Shown one piece after another: positions 9,764-20,576 of a stretch of 64,000 nucleotides of DNA (the stretch's first letter is position 1; the number at the start of each line of letters is the position of its first letter). The stretch lies in contig CAWCDG010000004.1 in assembly GCA_963794325.1 (NCBI GenBank), forward strand, positions 64,001 through 128,000, read 5' to 3'. A model generated the notes under the pieces. That model was not told where the DNA came from. It was given only the letters and a program-made list of their open reading frames with translations, and did no database searches. The position numbers were made by a program, and so were the translations under genes. This DNA is from an uncultured delta proteobacterium (GTDB taxonomy: Bacteria > Desulfobacterota > Binatia > Binatales > Binataceae).

Positions 9764-10036
9764 ATGAAAGGCATCAGCGTCCAGATCATGGGACAAAACC
9801 TGACAGTCGCCAGCGAGGCAGGCGACGACTGGGTCAAGTCCCTGGCTGAGACGGTGGACGAGAAGATTAAGGATATCCGTGCCGGGAGCCAGACCATCAA
9901 TTCGGTGAACCTGGCAATCCTGGCTGCGTTAAATTTCGCCGAAGAACTCGAACACTTGCGCCGGGAGCATCAGGAGCTGGTGGATCGAATTGCGGCGATG
10001 AATAAACGGCTGTCCGCGGCTATCGACGGAGAATGA
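9764..10036 (+). CDS. zapA: Cell division protein ZapA
   Basis: VQIMGQ.LTV, LAE.VDEKI, LAILAALN.AEE motifs. Confidence 0.9.
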   Translation: MKGISVQIMGQNLTVASEAGDDWVKSLAETVDEKIKDIRAGSQTINSVNLAILAALNFAEELEHLRREHQELVDRIAAMNKRLSAAIDGE

Positions 10037-10089
10037 GCATGAACCGTCGAGACCTCGCGCGGCATCCGAGAGGTGAACGATTTCGGACG

Positions 10090-10315
10090 GGGGCGGGAAT
10101 GGAATTGTGGATCTCGAGAGCAGCCTAAACGCGGTGCTTACAGGAATGAGGACCGTGCGATATTTTTCGACCGCATCCAAGGCTTTCGCGATAAAACCTT
10201 TCGCGGATACAGGCCGGCTGTCAGCCGGTTCGAGAGTACAGCGACACGCGCACGTGACGGCAACGAAAACGAACAGCGACACGGCGCTATCGAGCAGTTG
10301 AACCCGCTCCCGCCA
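10090..10315 (+). ncRNA. ssrS: Probable 6S RNA
   Basis: About 280-nt gap between zapA and the 5-FCL gene, the conserved ssrS position; ends complementary (GGCGGGAATGG ... CCGCTCCCGCC); boundaries approximate. Confidence 0.55.
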
Positions 10316-11028
10316 TGGCAACCACTGTGGCGGATGAAAAGAAAAATCTTCGCGCAATCATGAGCGCATGCCGCGTCGCGCTGCCCGGCGACCGCGTTGC
10401 GGCATGGTCGGAAAGCGTGCAGCGCCAGGTGCTCGCGAGCGAGTCCTGGCGCGACGCATCCGCAATCGTTTTATACGCCGCAATCGGTAACGAGGTTTCA
10501 ACTGACCTCATCTTCGATGACGCGCTGCGATCCGGACGCGCTGTCTTCTATCCGCGCGTCGATACCTCGACGGCTACGATGGTCGGGCGACGCATTCGCA
10601 ATCGCGCAGATCTGATCCGCGGCGCGTATGGAATCCTCGAGCCGCCTGAGTCGTCTGAAATACTCGACAACAAAAGTTTCGCGAAAATTCTCGTGTGTGT
10701 TCCCGGCGTTGCCTTCGGACTCGAAGGACAGCGATTGGGCCGTGGTGGGGGTCACTATGATCGTTTCATCGCCCAGCTCGGTGGCGAAGCGATCACTGTG
10801 GGGCTCGCCTTTTCATTCCAGCTGCTCGATCGAATCCCCGAGTCGGGACTCGACCGGCGGCTTAACTTCATCGTGACCGAGTCCGCGATTCATCGTGCCT
10901 GCGAAGCGCCACTGCCAGCACGCCGAATGCGGACAAAGGAGGTAAACCCGGGTGCTCATAACCGCAATCCTGGGATTCATAGTTGGTGGCGCGGTCTTTT
11001 TCATTTGGGGAATAACGAAACAGCGTAA
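10315..11028 (+). CDS. ygfA: 5-formyltetrahydrofolate cyclo-ligase
   Basis: Y.AIGNEV.T, GAYGILEP, VPGVAF..GQRLGRGGGHYDR; C-terminal tail overlaps rny by 77 nt. Confidence 0.92.
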   Translation: MATTVADEKKNLRAIMSACRVALPGDRVAAWSESVQRQVLASESWRDASAIVLYAAIGNEVSTDLIFDDALRSGRAVFYPRVDTSTATMVGRRIRNRADLIRGAYGILEPPESSEILDNKSFAKILVCVPGVAFGLEGQRLGRGGGHYDRFIAQLGGEAITVGLAFSFQLLDRIPESGLDRRLNFIVTESAIHRACEAPLPARRMRTKEVNPGAHNRNPGIHSWWRGLFHLGNNETA

Positions 11029-12508
11029 GGACGCCGTTAACCTGGAGGCCGCGCGCGCTCAGGCCGAAGAAATAACCAAGGAGGCTCAAAAACGGAGCCA
11101 GTTAGTAGTTAAGGAGGCAGAGCTCAAGGCAAAGGACATGGTGGTCGGCGCGAAGGCCGACGCCGAACGCGAGATGCGCGATCGCAGGCGCGAGATTGCC
11201 GCGATCGAACAGAAACTCGAAGCACGCGAGGAGACTTTCGAAAAGCGCCAGGAAGCATTCGAACGGCGCGAAGCCGATCTGAATCGGCGCGATCAAAGTC
11301 TGCGCACGCGTGAGAAAAGTCTCACCGATAAGGAAGAAGTACTGCAGGCTCATATCGACGAGGCGCGCACCAAGCTCGAAGCGGTCGCCGGCCTGACCCG
11401 CGAAGAAGCCAAGCGCTCGCTGATGGACGAGATGATCGGGCAGGCGCGCACCGACGCCGCCAAGCACATCCGAATCGTCGAGGAAGAAGCGCGCGAGGAG
11501 GCCGACCGCCGCGCCAAGCGAGTCATCGCGATTGCGATCGAGCGGCTGGCGGGCGAGTTCGTCGCCGAGCGCACGGTCTCGGTGATTCCGCTGCCCAACG
11601 ACGAGATGAAGGGCCGCATCATCGGCCGCGAAGGACGCAACATCCGCGCGATCGAGGCGGCCACCGGCGTCGATATCATCATCGACGATACTCCCGAGGC
11701 GGTCGTAATTTCGTGTCACAACCCGATTCGCCGGGAGATCGCGCGCGTCGCACTCATGCAGCTCATCTCGGACGGCCGCATTCATCCGGGCCGGATCGAG
11801 GAAGTCGTACGCAAGGCCGAGCAGCAGGTCGAGGAATCGATTCGCGAGGCCGGTCAGCGCGCGATCATCGAAGTCGGAGTGCACGGAATCCATCCCGAAC
11901 TGGTCAAGCTGCTCGGGATGCTCAAGTTCCGCTACAGCTACGCGCAGAACGTGCTGATGCATTCGATCGAAGCGGCGTTCATCGCCGGCGCGATGGCGGC
12001 CGAGCTGGGACTCAACGAAAAGCAGGCGCGCCGCGCCGCCCTGCTGCACGACATCGGCAAAGCGCTGACCCATGAGGTCGAAGGATCGCACGCGTTGATC
12101 GGCGGCGAGATCGCACGCAAGTACGGCGAGTCGGCGAAGATCGTAAATGCGATCGCGGCGCATCATGAGGAAGTCAAAGCCGAGACAATCCTCGCGCCGA
12201 TCGTCGATGCGGCCGACGCGCTCTCAGGCGCGCGTCCGGGAGCCCGGCGCGAAGTGCTCGAGAGCTACGTCAAGCGCCTCGAAGATCTCGAGACAATCGC
12301 GAAGTCGTTCAAGGGCGTCGAGAAATGTTTCGCCGTGCAGGCCGGACGCGAGATGCGCGTGATCGTCGAGCCGAGCCAGATCTCCGACGAGGACACCTCG
12401 ATGCTGGCGCGCGACGTCGCGCGCAAAATCGAAACCGATATGACGTATCCCGGACAGATTCGGGTCACCGTCATCCGCGAGACCCGCGCCACCGAGCTCG
12501 CGAAATAA
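10952..12508 (+). CDS. rny: Ribonuclease Y
   Basis: N-terminal TM, coiled coil, KH motif MKGRIIGREGRNIR, HD domain LLHDIGK, QAGRE.RV, YPGQI.VTVIRETR; GGAGGT RBS before GTG. Confidence 0.97.
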   Translation: MLITAILGFIVGGAVFFIWGITKQRKDAVNLEAARAQAEEITKEAQKRSQLVVKEAELKAKDMVVGAKADAEREMRDRRREIAAIEQKLEAREETFEKRQEAFERREADLNRRDQSLRTREKSLTDKEEVLQAHIDEARTKLEAVAGLTREEAKRSLMDEMIGQARTDAAKHIRIVEEEAREEADRRAKRVIAIAIERLAGEFVAERTVSVIPLPNDEMKGRIIGREGRNIRAIEAATGVDIIIDDTPEAVVISCHNPIRREIARVALMQLISDGRIHPGRIEEVVRKAEQQVEESIREAGQRAIIEVGVHGIHPELVKLLGMLKFRYSYAQNVLMHSIEAAFIAGAMAAELGLNEKQARRAALLHDIGKALTHEVEGSHALIGGEIARKYGESAKIVNAIAAHHEEVKAETILAPIVDAADALSGARPGARREVLESYVKRLEDLETIAKSFKGVEKCFAVQAGREMRVIVEPSQISDEDTSMLARDVARKIETDMTYPGQIRVTVIRETRATELAK

Positions 12509-12527
12509 CAGCTACGCAATTTCAATT

Positions 12528-12568
12528 CGGAGGCCCGATCGCACAACGCGATCGGGCCTCCGTGCTTT
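12528..12568 (+). terminator. Terminator-like hairpin after rny
   Basis: CGGAGGCCCGATCGC-ACAAC-GCGATCGGGCCTCCG perfect 15-bp stem; weak T tail. Confidence 0.65.
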
Positions 12569-12631
12569 AGCAGTATGCTTCCCTTACGAGATGTTGTCCC
12601 GCAGTTACACACCTGCCAACCTGAAGCGTAA

Positions 12632-12925
12632 ATGCGAATCCTGATTCTGTCTCTCGCGCTATGCTGTTTGATGGGGTGCAGCACCTGGGAGGGAGTTCAG
12701 GACGATCCTGCCAACCATCAGAAGATCGTGACAGCTGCCGCCCGGGGTCTCGACGCATGCCAATCCCGCATGGATGAGCTCGCGCGGGCGAACGTCACGA
12801 TGCTGGACCACAGCCGGCAACTCATGCTGACTCTCTTCAGCTTCGGTTATGTGCCGTCCTATGTATGCGTCGGCAAAGTCCCGTACGACGGCTCCAATGC
12901 GCCGGCAGACTCGAGCAACCATTAG
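12632..12925 (+). CDS. Small hypothetical lipoprotein
   Basis: Signal peptide with lipobox LMGC. Confidence 0.6.
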   Translation: MRILILSLALCCLMGCSTWEGVQDDPANHQKIVTAAARGLDACQSRMDELARANVTMLDHSRQLMLTLFSFGYVPSYVCVGKVPYDGSNAPADSSNH

Positions 12926-12942
12926 AAAAGGGGTTCCCGGAT

Positions 12943-13530
12943 ATGTCTCTACGTCTCAGGCACATACTCTTCGTCCTGTGCTTTGTCTCCGGCTGCTCCA
13001 TATACATGGAAGCGACGCGTCCAACGCCGGTCGATCTGGGGAAGTTCCATCCCGGTGACAGCCGCTCCTCCGTCACCCAGGAGCTAGGATCGCCGGTCAC
13101 TACGAGCAAAGGCAGTGGCGGCACGAGCTGCGATTTATACTTGCTTTACACCAAGGGCTACGGCGTCGCGGGTAAGGCACCGATAGCGGTCGGCGAACTC
13201 GCAGCCGATTTCTTCACCCTAGGCCTGGCAGAGATCGTCCTGTCGCCCACCGAGGCTGCCACCAGAAACGAAAAGAGGACGGTGTGGTTTTGCTACCAGA
13301 ATGACGCGCTCTCAAGCGTGACCGTGAAGAGTGCGGGGGCCGAGACGTCGACGCCCACGACGCCGACCCCGTCCCCAGCGTCCACCAGTTCGTCTCCGGT
13401 CCCTTCTCTCGCGTCCACGCCTGTTCCAGCCGAAACTGCCACTCCGACTGATCTCGCCACACCTGTGCCGTCAAATCCCGCGACTGCGACACCGAGCGCG
13501 ACTCCGTCGACCGGCCAACAGTCTCAGTGA
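12943..13530 (+). CDS. Hypothetical lipoprotein with Pro/Thr/Ser-rich tail
   Basis: ATG 12943, MSLRLRHILFVLCFVSGC lipobox, low-complexity C-terminus. Confidence 0.7.
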   Translation: MSLRLRHILFVLCFVSGCSIYMEATRPTPVDLGKFHPGDSRSSVTQELGSPVTTSKGSGGTSCDLYLLYTKGYGVAGKAPIAVGELAADFFTLGLAEIVLSPTEAATRNEKRTVWFCYQNDALSSVTVKSAGAETSTPTTPTPSPASTSSSPVPSLASTPVPAETATPTDLATPVPSNPATATPSATPSTGQQSQ

Positions 13531-13571
13531 CCTTCGTGCGTTAGCGCGACGCTTCGGTTACCTTCGACGGA

Positions 13572-14123
13572 ATGTTCGAAGCCGAACGAATTGCCGGGAC
13601 TGATCTGGAACCAGGCCGGCTGCGCGAATATCTCCGCCCGCCGTTTCGCAAATTCGAATTCTCGACGCCGATGAGCCCCGCGCATGCCTCAAGAATCCTC
13701 CAGGAGATCGTCGAGCCGCCGCGAAAATGGGGATGGCCGACTTCCAGCAAGCGCGGATATTTCGAAGGCAGGGTGGCGGGTAGCCGTTTCAAAATCCATC
13801 GCGTCATCGGCTACCAGAACTCGTTCATCCCGATAATCGAAGGGAGCTTCCGCCGCGACGGGCTGGCGACGACGGTCGCGGTGAACATGCGATTGGTGTG
13901 GCCGGTCATTCCCGTCTGGGTCGGCATAATAATTTTCCTGGGGTGGAGTTCAGTGAGCGTCGATTCACCGGTGGCCGGACCCTTCGCCGTTCGAATGGTA
14001 GTAATCGCAATGACGCTGTTCATCTACCTGGTCGCGACCGTCCCCTTCGCAATCGAATCGCGAATCGCATTGAAACGCCTGCTGGAACTCCTGCGGTCGG
14101 GCCCCGCTCTTTCGTCACCCTGA
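13572..14123 (+). CDS. Hypothetical membrane protein (two C-terminal TM helices)
   Basis: 183-aa ORF with a hydrophobic hairpin near the C-terminus. Confidence 0.6.
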   Translation: MFEAERIAGTDLEPGRLREYLRPPFRKFEFSTPMSPAHASRILQEIVEPPRKWGWPTSSKRGYFEGRVAGSRFKIHRVIGYQNSFIPIIEGSFRRDGLATTVAVNMRLVWPVIPVWVGIIIFLGWSSVSVDSPVAGPFAVRMVVIAMTLFIYLVATVPFAIESRIALKRLLELLRSGPALSSP

Positions 14124-14150
14124 GCGAAGCGTAAGCCCAAAATTCCGGTT

Positions 14151-14188
14151 CCCCTTCCCGCTCGGGAAGGGGTTAGGGGTTAGGTTGC
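14151..14188. repeat. Palindromic repeat, family C (CCCCTTCCC-GCTC-GGGAAGGGG-TTAGGGGTTAGG)
   Basis: 38 nt, exact reverse complement of 46273-46310; variants at 28916-28955 and 28981-29010. Confidence 0.8.
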
Positions 14189-14266
14189 ACGGATCCATCG
14201 CAACACCTGCCGCTCGCTTCGATCGTCCTTTACCGCCGCGAAGCCAAACGCTATCATCCATCCACG

Positions 14267-14806
14267 ATGCCCACCACGCGCGAAGTCCTCGATGCGACCA
14301 TCGCATTGGAAAAACAGAGCATGGCGCTGTACGCCCGCTTCGCGAAAATCTTTGCGAACGATCACGCCCTGCAGGATTTCTGGTTCGGGATGGCGCGTGA
14401 CGAGGCCCGCCATGTCGGCGCACTCGACCTCGTCACGACCGTGCTCGATCAGGAATCGATGCTCGACAAGCCGAGTCCCATCTCGCTCGAAGATGCGACT
14501 ATCGTGCGGCTTCGCGCGTTGCTCCAGAAATCGCAGGCCGACGCGACGCCGAACATCAAGCTCGATCGCGCACTCGAAATTGCGCTCGAAGTCGAGGAGA
14601 CCGAGCTTGAAGATCTCGTCTCCGATCTCCTCAAAGCTCTGCAAGCGCCCGACGAGTACGAGCGATGCCTCCGCCTGCTGGTTCACGACCTCGGCGAGCT
14701 CAGCTACATGATCGAGCGCCACTCCGCCGATCCCGCGCTGCTCTCGCGATGCGACGCGCTCGTCAATCGTCACGCCGAGACGCTCCGCCACACCGCGCTC
14801 AGGTAA
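14267..14806 (+). CDS. Ferritin-like/rubrerythrin-fold protein
   Basis: IALEKQSMALY...MARDEARH first di-iron half-site; second half degenerate. Confidence 0.7.
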   Translation: MPTTREVLDATIALEKQSMALYARFAKIFANDHALQDFWFGMARDEARHVGALDLVTTVLDQESMLDKPSPISLEDATIVRLRALLQKSQADATPNIKLDRALEIALEVEETELEDLVSDLLKALQAPDEYERCLRLLVHDLGELSYMIERHSADPALLSRCDALVNRHAETLRHTALR

Positions 14807-14863
14807 CGTCGCGCCGATGCGGTGGCGCGCGCGATGGCCGTTGGTTATATTTCAGGGCTGCGC

Positions 14864-14939
14864 TGAGGAGTGGCCAAATTGGTAAGGCACCTGACTCTGG
14901 ATCAGGCGATTGTAGGTTCGAGTCCTACCTCCTCAGCCA
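14864..14939 (+). tRNA. tRNA-Gln(CTG)
   Basis: Acceptor TGAGGAG/CTCCTCA, anticodon arm CCTGA-CT CTG GA-TCAGG, TTCGAGT T-loop, encoded CCA. Confidence 0.96.
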
Positions 14940-14979
14940 AGTAAATTGAACGCGCGCCGGCCTCGAAGCGCGCGACGAT

Positions 14980-15054
14980 GGTCCCATCGTCTAGTGGTTA
15001 GGACACCGGCCTCTCACGTCGGGAACGCGGGTTCGACTCCCGCTGGGATCACCA
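14980..15054 (+). tRNA. tRNA-Glu(CTC)
   Basis: Acceptor GGTCCCA/TGGGATC, anticodon arm CCGGC-CT CTC AC-GTCGG, TTCGACT T-loop, encoded CCA. Confidence 0.96.
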
Positions 15055-15099
15055 GGAAGATTTGGTTATTTTTGATGTTCAGGGCCCTCCTGCAGGCAT

Positions 15100-16305
15100 T
15101 TGACACCCACATTTTACAACCACGCTGTGCGAATATCCCGATGTAGCGTTGCGGCGAGTATCGCGATTGCGATCTCGCTTGCTGCGTGGGGATGTAAAAA
15201 AGCTGCGATGCCGGTCGCTGCGCCGGTGCCGGAAGTTGTGGTCACCGAGGTCGTTCAGCGCAACGTGCCGGTTTACTCGGATTGGGTTGGCACGACTGAG
15301 GGTTTCGTAAACGCGGACATCTATCCGAAAATTTCCGGCTACCTGCTGAAGCAGAACTACCGGGACGGCGACAAGGTGCATACCGGCCAGTTGCTGTTTC
15401 AAATCGACGATCGCGAGTATAAGGCTGCGCTCGACCAGGCGATCGGCGACCTCGGCCAGAAACAGGCCGACTACAAAAGGAACGCGCAGGACCTTTCCCG
15501 CTACAAGCCGCTCTACGATCAACAGGTAATCAGCAAGCAGGATTTCGATCACGTCGATCAGAACACTCGCGCTAGTAAGGCTGCGGTAGCGGCGGCCCAG
15601 GCTGCGGTCGAGACCGCGAAGCTCAACGAGGATTGGACGCAGGTAAATTCTCCAATCGACGGTATTGCGGGGATCGCGAAGACGCAGGTCGGAAATCTGG
15701 TCAGCCCGACCTCGTTGCTGACGACCGTCTCGCAGCTCGATCCGATCAAGGTCGAATTTCCAATCAGCGAGCGCGAGTATTTGCATTTCGCCGACAAAAT
15801 TAATCGCCACGAGAGAGACGGTGACTCCAAGCAGGATCCCGACCTGGAAATGATTCTCGCCGACGGCAGTACCTACAAGTATCGCGGCCGTTTCTACGTC
15901 GCGAATCGGCAGGTTAATATCCAGACCGGCACAATCAAGATCCAGGGGATCTTTCCGAATCCTGAAAATATTCTCCGCCCCGGTCTCTATGCGAAGATCC
16001 GCTCGGCGACCGACGTGCGCAAGGACGCGCTGCTCGTGCCGCAAGCCGCGGTGCTCGAGACCCAGGGCCAATACCAGGTCGGCGTGGTCGGCGCCGACAA
16101 CAAGGTCACGCTGCGGATGGTCAAGACCGGCAAGCAGGTCGGCGACCTCCGGATTATCGACGAAGGAGTCTCACCGGGCGAACGCGTCATCACCGAAGGA
16201 TTGCAAAAAGTTTCGGACGGCATGGAAGTGAATCCGCGAGTGGTTCCCCCCGAGCCCGCGCCGGCCGTGTCCCCAGCGTCATCGGACCAGGCGCCCCAGA
16301 CTTAA
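15100..16305 (+). CDS. RND efflux periplasmic adaptor (MFP) lipoprotein
   Basis: Lipobox AWGC, GQLLFQID, SPIDGIAG, LRPGLY, GERVITEG; true start may be GTG 15127. Confidence 0.93.
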   Translation: MTPTFYNHAVRISRCSVAASIAIAISLAAWGCKKAAMPVAAPVPEVVVTEVVQRNVPVYSDWVGTTEGFVNADIYPKISGYLLKQNYRDGDKVHTGQLLFQIDDREYKAALDQAIGDLGQKQADYKRNAQDLSRYKPLYDQQVISKQDFDHVDQNTRASKAAVAAAQAAVETAKLNEDWTQVNSPIDGIAGIAKTQVGNLVSPTSLLTTVSQLDPIKVEFPISEREYLHFADKINRHERDGDSKQDPDLEMILADGSTYKYRGRFYVANRQVNIQTGTIKIQGIFPNPENILRPGLYAKIRSATDVRKDALLVPQAAVLETQGQYQVGVVGADNKVTLRMVKTGKQVGDLRIIDEGVSPGERVITEGLQKVSDGMEVNPRVVPPEPAPAVSPASSDQAPQT

Positions 16306-16311
16306 GTCGCG

Positions 16312-19300
16312 ATGTCGAAATTCTTCATCAACCGGCCCATCGTCGCGATGGTCATCGCAATTTTTTTCGTGATCACCGGCGCCGTGATGGTCCTTCGGCT
16401 CCCCGTCTCGCAGTTCCCCGATATCGTTCCGCCTCAGATTCAGACGACGGCAATCTACACCGGCGCCGACGCGCTCACCGTCGAGCAGTCGGTCGCCACT
16501 CCGATCGAAGAGCAGGTGAACGGCGCCAAGAACATGCTCTACATGCAGTCGATCAACGGCGACGACGGCACGATGACCCTGCAAGTCAGTTTCGCAGTCG
16601 GCACCGACGTTGACCTCGATCAGGTGCAGGTGCAGAACCGGCTGGCGCAGGCCACTTCGAGCCTGCCGAACGCGGTCAGCAACTACGGCCTCACCACTCA
16701 GCAGACGGTCGGAATTCCGCTGCTGGTATTTTCGATCACGTCGCCCAACCGGACCTGGGATCAGACCTTCCTCGCGAACTACGTCGCGATCAATATCGAG
16801 GACGAGCTCGCACGAATTCCGGGAATCGGCCAGGTCAAGGTTTTCGGCGCGTCGAATTATGCGATGCGGATATGGGTCGCTCCCGATACGCTCGCCAAAC
16901 TCCAGCTGACCGTCGCCGACATCACCAACGCGATCACCGCGCAGAACGTCGTGAATCCCGCCGGCACCATCGGCGGTGAGCCGGCGCCGCCCGGCCAGCA
17001 AGTCACGTATTCGGTGCGCGCGCAGGGACGCTTGATGAACGCCGACGAGTTCGGCGACATTATCCTGCGCGCCAATCCCGACGGCTCTCTCGTCCGGCTC
17101 AAAGACGTCGCGCGCATCTCGCTCGGCTCCGAAAATTACACCCAGCAGTCCTACACCAACGGTCTGCCGTCTTCGATTGTCGGCCTCTATCAGAATCCCG
17201 GATCCAACGCGCTCGAAGCCGCCACCCGCGCGAAGAAAAAGATGGCCGAGCTCGCGAAGCACTTCCCGCCCGACATGAAGCTGAGCCTGACGCTCGACAC
17301 CACAGTCGCGGTGACCGAGGGCGCCAAAGAGATCGTAAAAACGCTGCTCGAGGCGATCGCCCTCGTCACGCTGGTCGTGTTCATCTTCCTGCAGAGCTGG
17401 CGCGCGACATTGATTCCGCTGCTCACCATCCCGGTCTCGCTGGTGGGCGCGTTCATGTTCTTCCCGGCCGTCGGATTTTCAGTCAACACGCTCTCGCTGC
17501 TGGGACTGGTGCTCGCCGTGGGCCTGGTGGTCGACGACGCGATCGTCGTGGTCGAAGCGATCCAGGCGAAGATCGAAGAGGGTCGTTCGCCGCATGATGC
17601 GGCGCTCGAAGCGATGGACGAGGTCGGCGGCGCGCTGGTCGGAATCGCGCTGGTCCTGTCAGCGGTCTTCATCCCGGCGGGATTCCTCGCCGGCATCACT
17701 GGATCGCTCTATCGCCAATTCGCGCTGACGATCGCATTCTCGGTTATTCTCTCGGCCTTCAACGCGCTCACGCTGAGTCCCGCCCTGGGAGCACTGTTGC
17801 TCCGGCCGCGAAGCACTAGCCCGTCACGCGGCCCGCTTGCCCGGCTCTTCGCGCGATTCAACTCGGGCTTCGCGCGCGTGCAGAAAGGCTACGTCAGTAT
17901 TTCCGGATTGCTCATCAGAAGGTTCGTGCTCGCGCTGATTATCCTGGTTGGATTCGCGTTGCTGGCGGGCGGAATCGGGAAGATCCTGCCGTCGTCATTT
18001 CTGCCCGACGAAGACCAGGGATACTTCCTGATGAACGTCGAATTGCCGGAAGCCTCGTCGCTCCAGCGCACCAACCTCGTGATGCGCAAGATCGACGAGA
18101 TCCTCAAACACGAGCCCGGCGTGCGCTTCTACAATGCGGTCTCCGGCTACAGCATCCTCTCGCAAAGTTCGAGCACCCGCAGCGGTCTCTACTTCTGCCT
18201 GCTCTCGCCCTATGAGCAACGGCGCTCCGCGGCCCTGCAAGCCGGACCGGTCGTCGCGTCGATCAATCGAAAGCTCGCTGGATTGCCCGACGCGCAAGCG
18301 TTCGCTTTTCTGCCCCCGGCGATTCCCGGAATCGGCCAGGCCTCGGGCGTCGATTTCTTCGTTCAGGATCGATCGGGCGGCACCGTCGATTATCTTTGGC
18401 AGAATACTCAGAAGTTCCTCGCCGCCGCGCGCAAGCGCCCCGAGATTGCGGGGATGAATCTCACCTTCAGTCCGGCGGTCCCGCAAATGTACGCCGCCGT
18501 GGACAAGGACAAGGTCTTCAAACTCGGGGTCACGATCCAAAGCGTTTACGCCGCGTTGCAGACTCTGCTCGGCGGCTACTACGTGAACCAGTTCAATCGC
18601 TTCGGACGCGTGTGGAAGGTCTTCGTCGAGGCGGAGCCGCAGTACCGCGCCAGGGCCAAGGACGTCGGCCAGTTCTACGTGACTAACAATCAGGGCGCGA
18701 AGGTCCCGCTCTCGACGCTGGTCGATATGCAGCGCGTCTTCGGCCCCGAATATACGACGCGGTTCAACGAGTATCGCAGCATCGAGATCTTCGCCGCCCC
18801 CGCTCCCGGCTACAGCACCGGCGACGCGATGAACGCGGTGACGCAGGTCGCCAATCAGGTTCTGCCGCGCGACATGGGAACCGCCTGGAACGGCATCTCG
18901 TATCAGCAGTCGGTCGCGGGCGGCGGTGCCGGAGTCTTTGGATTGTCGCTGCTGATGGTCTTCCTGATCCTCGCCGCTCTCTACGAGAGTTGGTCGCTGC
19001 CGTTCAGCGTATTGCTAAGCGTGCCGGTCGCAGTATGCGGCGCGTTCTTCGGCCTATGGTCGCGTCATTTCGACAACGACGTTTACGCGCAAATCGGGCT
19101 CATCATGTTGATCGGTTTGTCGGCCAAGAACGCGATCCTCATCGTCGAGTTCGCCAAGGCCGAGCTCGAGAAGGGCGAGGCGCTCGTCGATGCCGCATTG
19201 AACGGCGCGCGACAGCGACTGCGGCCTATCCTGATGACGTCGTTCGCCTTCATCTTCGGCCTGATGCCGCTGTGGACTGCTCTGGGAGCGGGCGCCGTCG

Positions 19301-19503
19301 CGCGCCGCCTGATCGGCACCGTCACCATCGTCGGCATGGCGTTCTCGACCGCCTTTGCGATTTTCCTGGTACCAGTCCTCTTCGTCATCGTCGAGCGAAT
19401 CTCGCGATGGTGGAGCGAGGAGAAACCGGAAGCCACCCCCACGGCGACCCCGGAAGATACCACCTCGTCCGCCCCCGAGCGCGCCGCCGGCGGCGGCGTC
19501 TGA
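16312..19503 (+). CDS. RND efflux permease, AcrB/HAE1 family
   Basis: [38 protein letters not shown] proton-relay motifs. Confidence 0.96.
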   Translation: MSKFFINRPIVAMVIAIFFVITGAVMVLRLPVSQFPDIVPPQIQTTAIYTGADALTVEQSVATPIEEQVNGAKNMLYMQSINGDDGTMTLQVSFAVGTDVDLDQVQVQNRLAQATSSLPNAVSNYGLTTQQTVGIPLLVFSITSPNRTWDQTFLANYVAINIEDELARIPGIGQVKVFGASNYAMRIWVAPDTLAKLQLTVADITNAITAQNVVNPAGTIGGEPAPPGQQVTYSVRAQGRLMNADEFGDIILRANPDGSLVRLKDVARISLGSENYTQQSYTNGLPSSIVGLYQNPGSNALEAATRAKKKMAELAKHFPPDMKLSLTLDTTVAVTEGAKEIVKTLLEAIALVTLVVFIFLQSWRATLIPLLTIPVSLVGAFMFFPAVGFSVNTLSLLGLVLAVGLVVDDAIVVVEAIQAKIEEGRSPHDAALEAMDEVGGALVGIALVLSAVFIPAGFLAGITGSLYRQFALTIAFSVILSAFNALTLSPALGALLLRPRSTSPSRGPLARLFARFNSGFARVQKGYVSISGLLIRRFVLALIILVGFALLAGGIGKILPSSFLPDEDQGYFLMNVELPEASSLQRTNLVMRKIDEILKHEPGVRFYNAVSGYSILSQSSSTRSGLYFCLLSPYEQRRSAALQAGPVVASINRKLAGLPDAQAFAFLPPAIPGIGQASGVDFFVQDRSGGTVDYLWQNTQKFLAAARKRPEIAGMNLTFSPAVPQMYAAVDKDKVFKLGVTIQSVYAALQTLLGGYYVNQFNRFGRVWKVFVEAEPQYRARAKDVGQFYVTNNQGAKVPLSTLVDMQRVFGPEYTTRFNEYRSIEIFAAPAPGYSTGDAMNAVTQVANQVLPRDMGTAWNGISYQQSVAGGGAGVFGLSLLMVFLILAALYESWSLPFSVLLSVPVAVCGAFFGLWSRHFDNDVYAQIGLIMLIGLSAKNAILIVEFAKAELEKGEALVDAALNGARQRLRPILMTSFAFIFGLMPLWTALGAGAVARRLIGTVTIVGMAFSTAFAIFLVPVLFVIVERISRWWSEEKPEATPTATPEDTTSSAPERAAGGGV

Positions 19504-19674
19504 AAAATCGCTGAGAACGCTGGCCGCTGACTCCCCGCTCATGCTGATTCGGTGCGGCTTTGAACAACTTCAAAAAACAACTGCAGAGCACGCAATTCTA
19601 ACTAAATAGTAAGCAACGAAACGGCGCCTCGTTCGTATTCTATAGTGAATACGTTTTCGAGGTTTTTTGTGAAA

Positions 19675-19995
19675 ATGAATTCCACCCATCCGGCCGTTTC
19701 TCGCGCCGCGCGTATCTCACGAGCCGCCACCATCGCACTCGCAGGCGCATTCAGTCTGGTTACGATGACCGGCTGCTTCGGCAGTCCTCGCGCGAACGAC
19801 ACCTTCGCCGGTGCGGCTATCGGCGCCGGCGGCGGAGCGCTGATTGGCGGCGCTGAAGGCTCGCCGGGAACTGGTGCGCTAATCGGCGGCCTCGGCGGCG
19901 GCGCCCTCGGCTATATCGTCGGCACCGAGACGGAAAATCAGTACGGCTACCGCAGCTACGGCTACAACCCGTACGGCTACTACGGCGGCTACTGA
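19675..19995 (+). CDS. Glycine-zipper lipoprotein
   Basis: Lipobox MTGC, GAAIGAGGGALIGG..GALIGGLGGGALG, Tyr/Gly-rich tail. Confidence 0.75.
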   Translation: MNSTHPAVSRAARISRAATIALAGAFSLVTMTGCFGSPRANDTFAGAAIGAGGGALIGGAEGSPGTGALIGGLGGGALGYIVGTETENQYGYRSYGYNPYGYYGGY

Positions 19996-20046
19996 TCCCT
20001 TGTGATCGTCCTCGCGTCATTCTGAGCGCAGCGAAGAATCCAAATG

Positions 20047-20274
20047 ACCTCCCCTTGTCCGAGGGGAGGTCGGCGCGCGCCGAAGGAGTGCGACGGGAGG
20101 GGTGCAACGCTGGCTGTCGCAACAACGCCCGTTGTGCTGCTGTCGAGCAGCGAACTCGCGCCTATGCATTGAGATTAAACGAGTCGGCGTTAGTGGGTGT
20201 CGCACGTTGCACCACTCCCGGCGACACCGCTTTTCAAGCGGCTTACGCCGACCTCTCCTCGGACAAGGAGAGGT
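20047..20274. mobile_element. MITE/REPIN-like element with 29-bp terminal inverted repeats
   Basis: 20047-20075 vs 20246-20274 inverted (2 mismatches); inner inverted pair 20093-20108 / 20205-20220. Confidence 0.6.
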
Positions 20275-20576
20275 TAGGATCGAATCCCGGATCTTTTTGA
20301 ACGCCGGGCCGACTAGCCCAAACCATAGATCAGGCGATCTTCCCGACACTCTACTGCTTATCTGGGGATGTCCTTGTAGCCTGACGCCGGCGAATCGGGA
20401 TGCTATAATAGTCCAATGGGTCAACCTCACGGCACCAAGATGACCCCACTATCTTCACGCCCGCAATCGGCGTATATTCATTGTCCAACGCTCGGATTGT
20501 TCCTTTCTCTAAGCCCGGGAATTAGCCCGGGTTTTCTGTACGAGAGCTTCCCGGCAAATACTTACGGAGGGCAAAA

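Noticed and set aside
14173-14184. TTAGGGGTTAGG as telomere-like repeats
   Set aside because: It is part of the dispersed family C palindromic repeat and only two units long
14864-19503. tRNA-Glu as the integration site of an island carrying the RND pump
   Set aside because: No integrase and no duplicated tRNA 3' end found in the window
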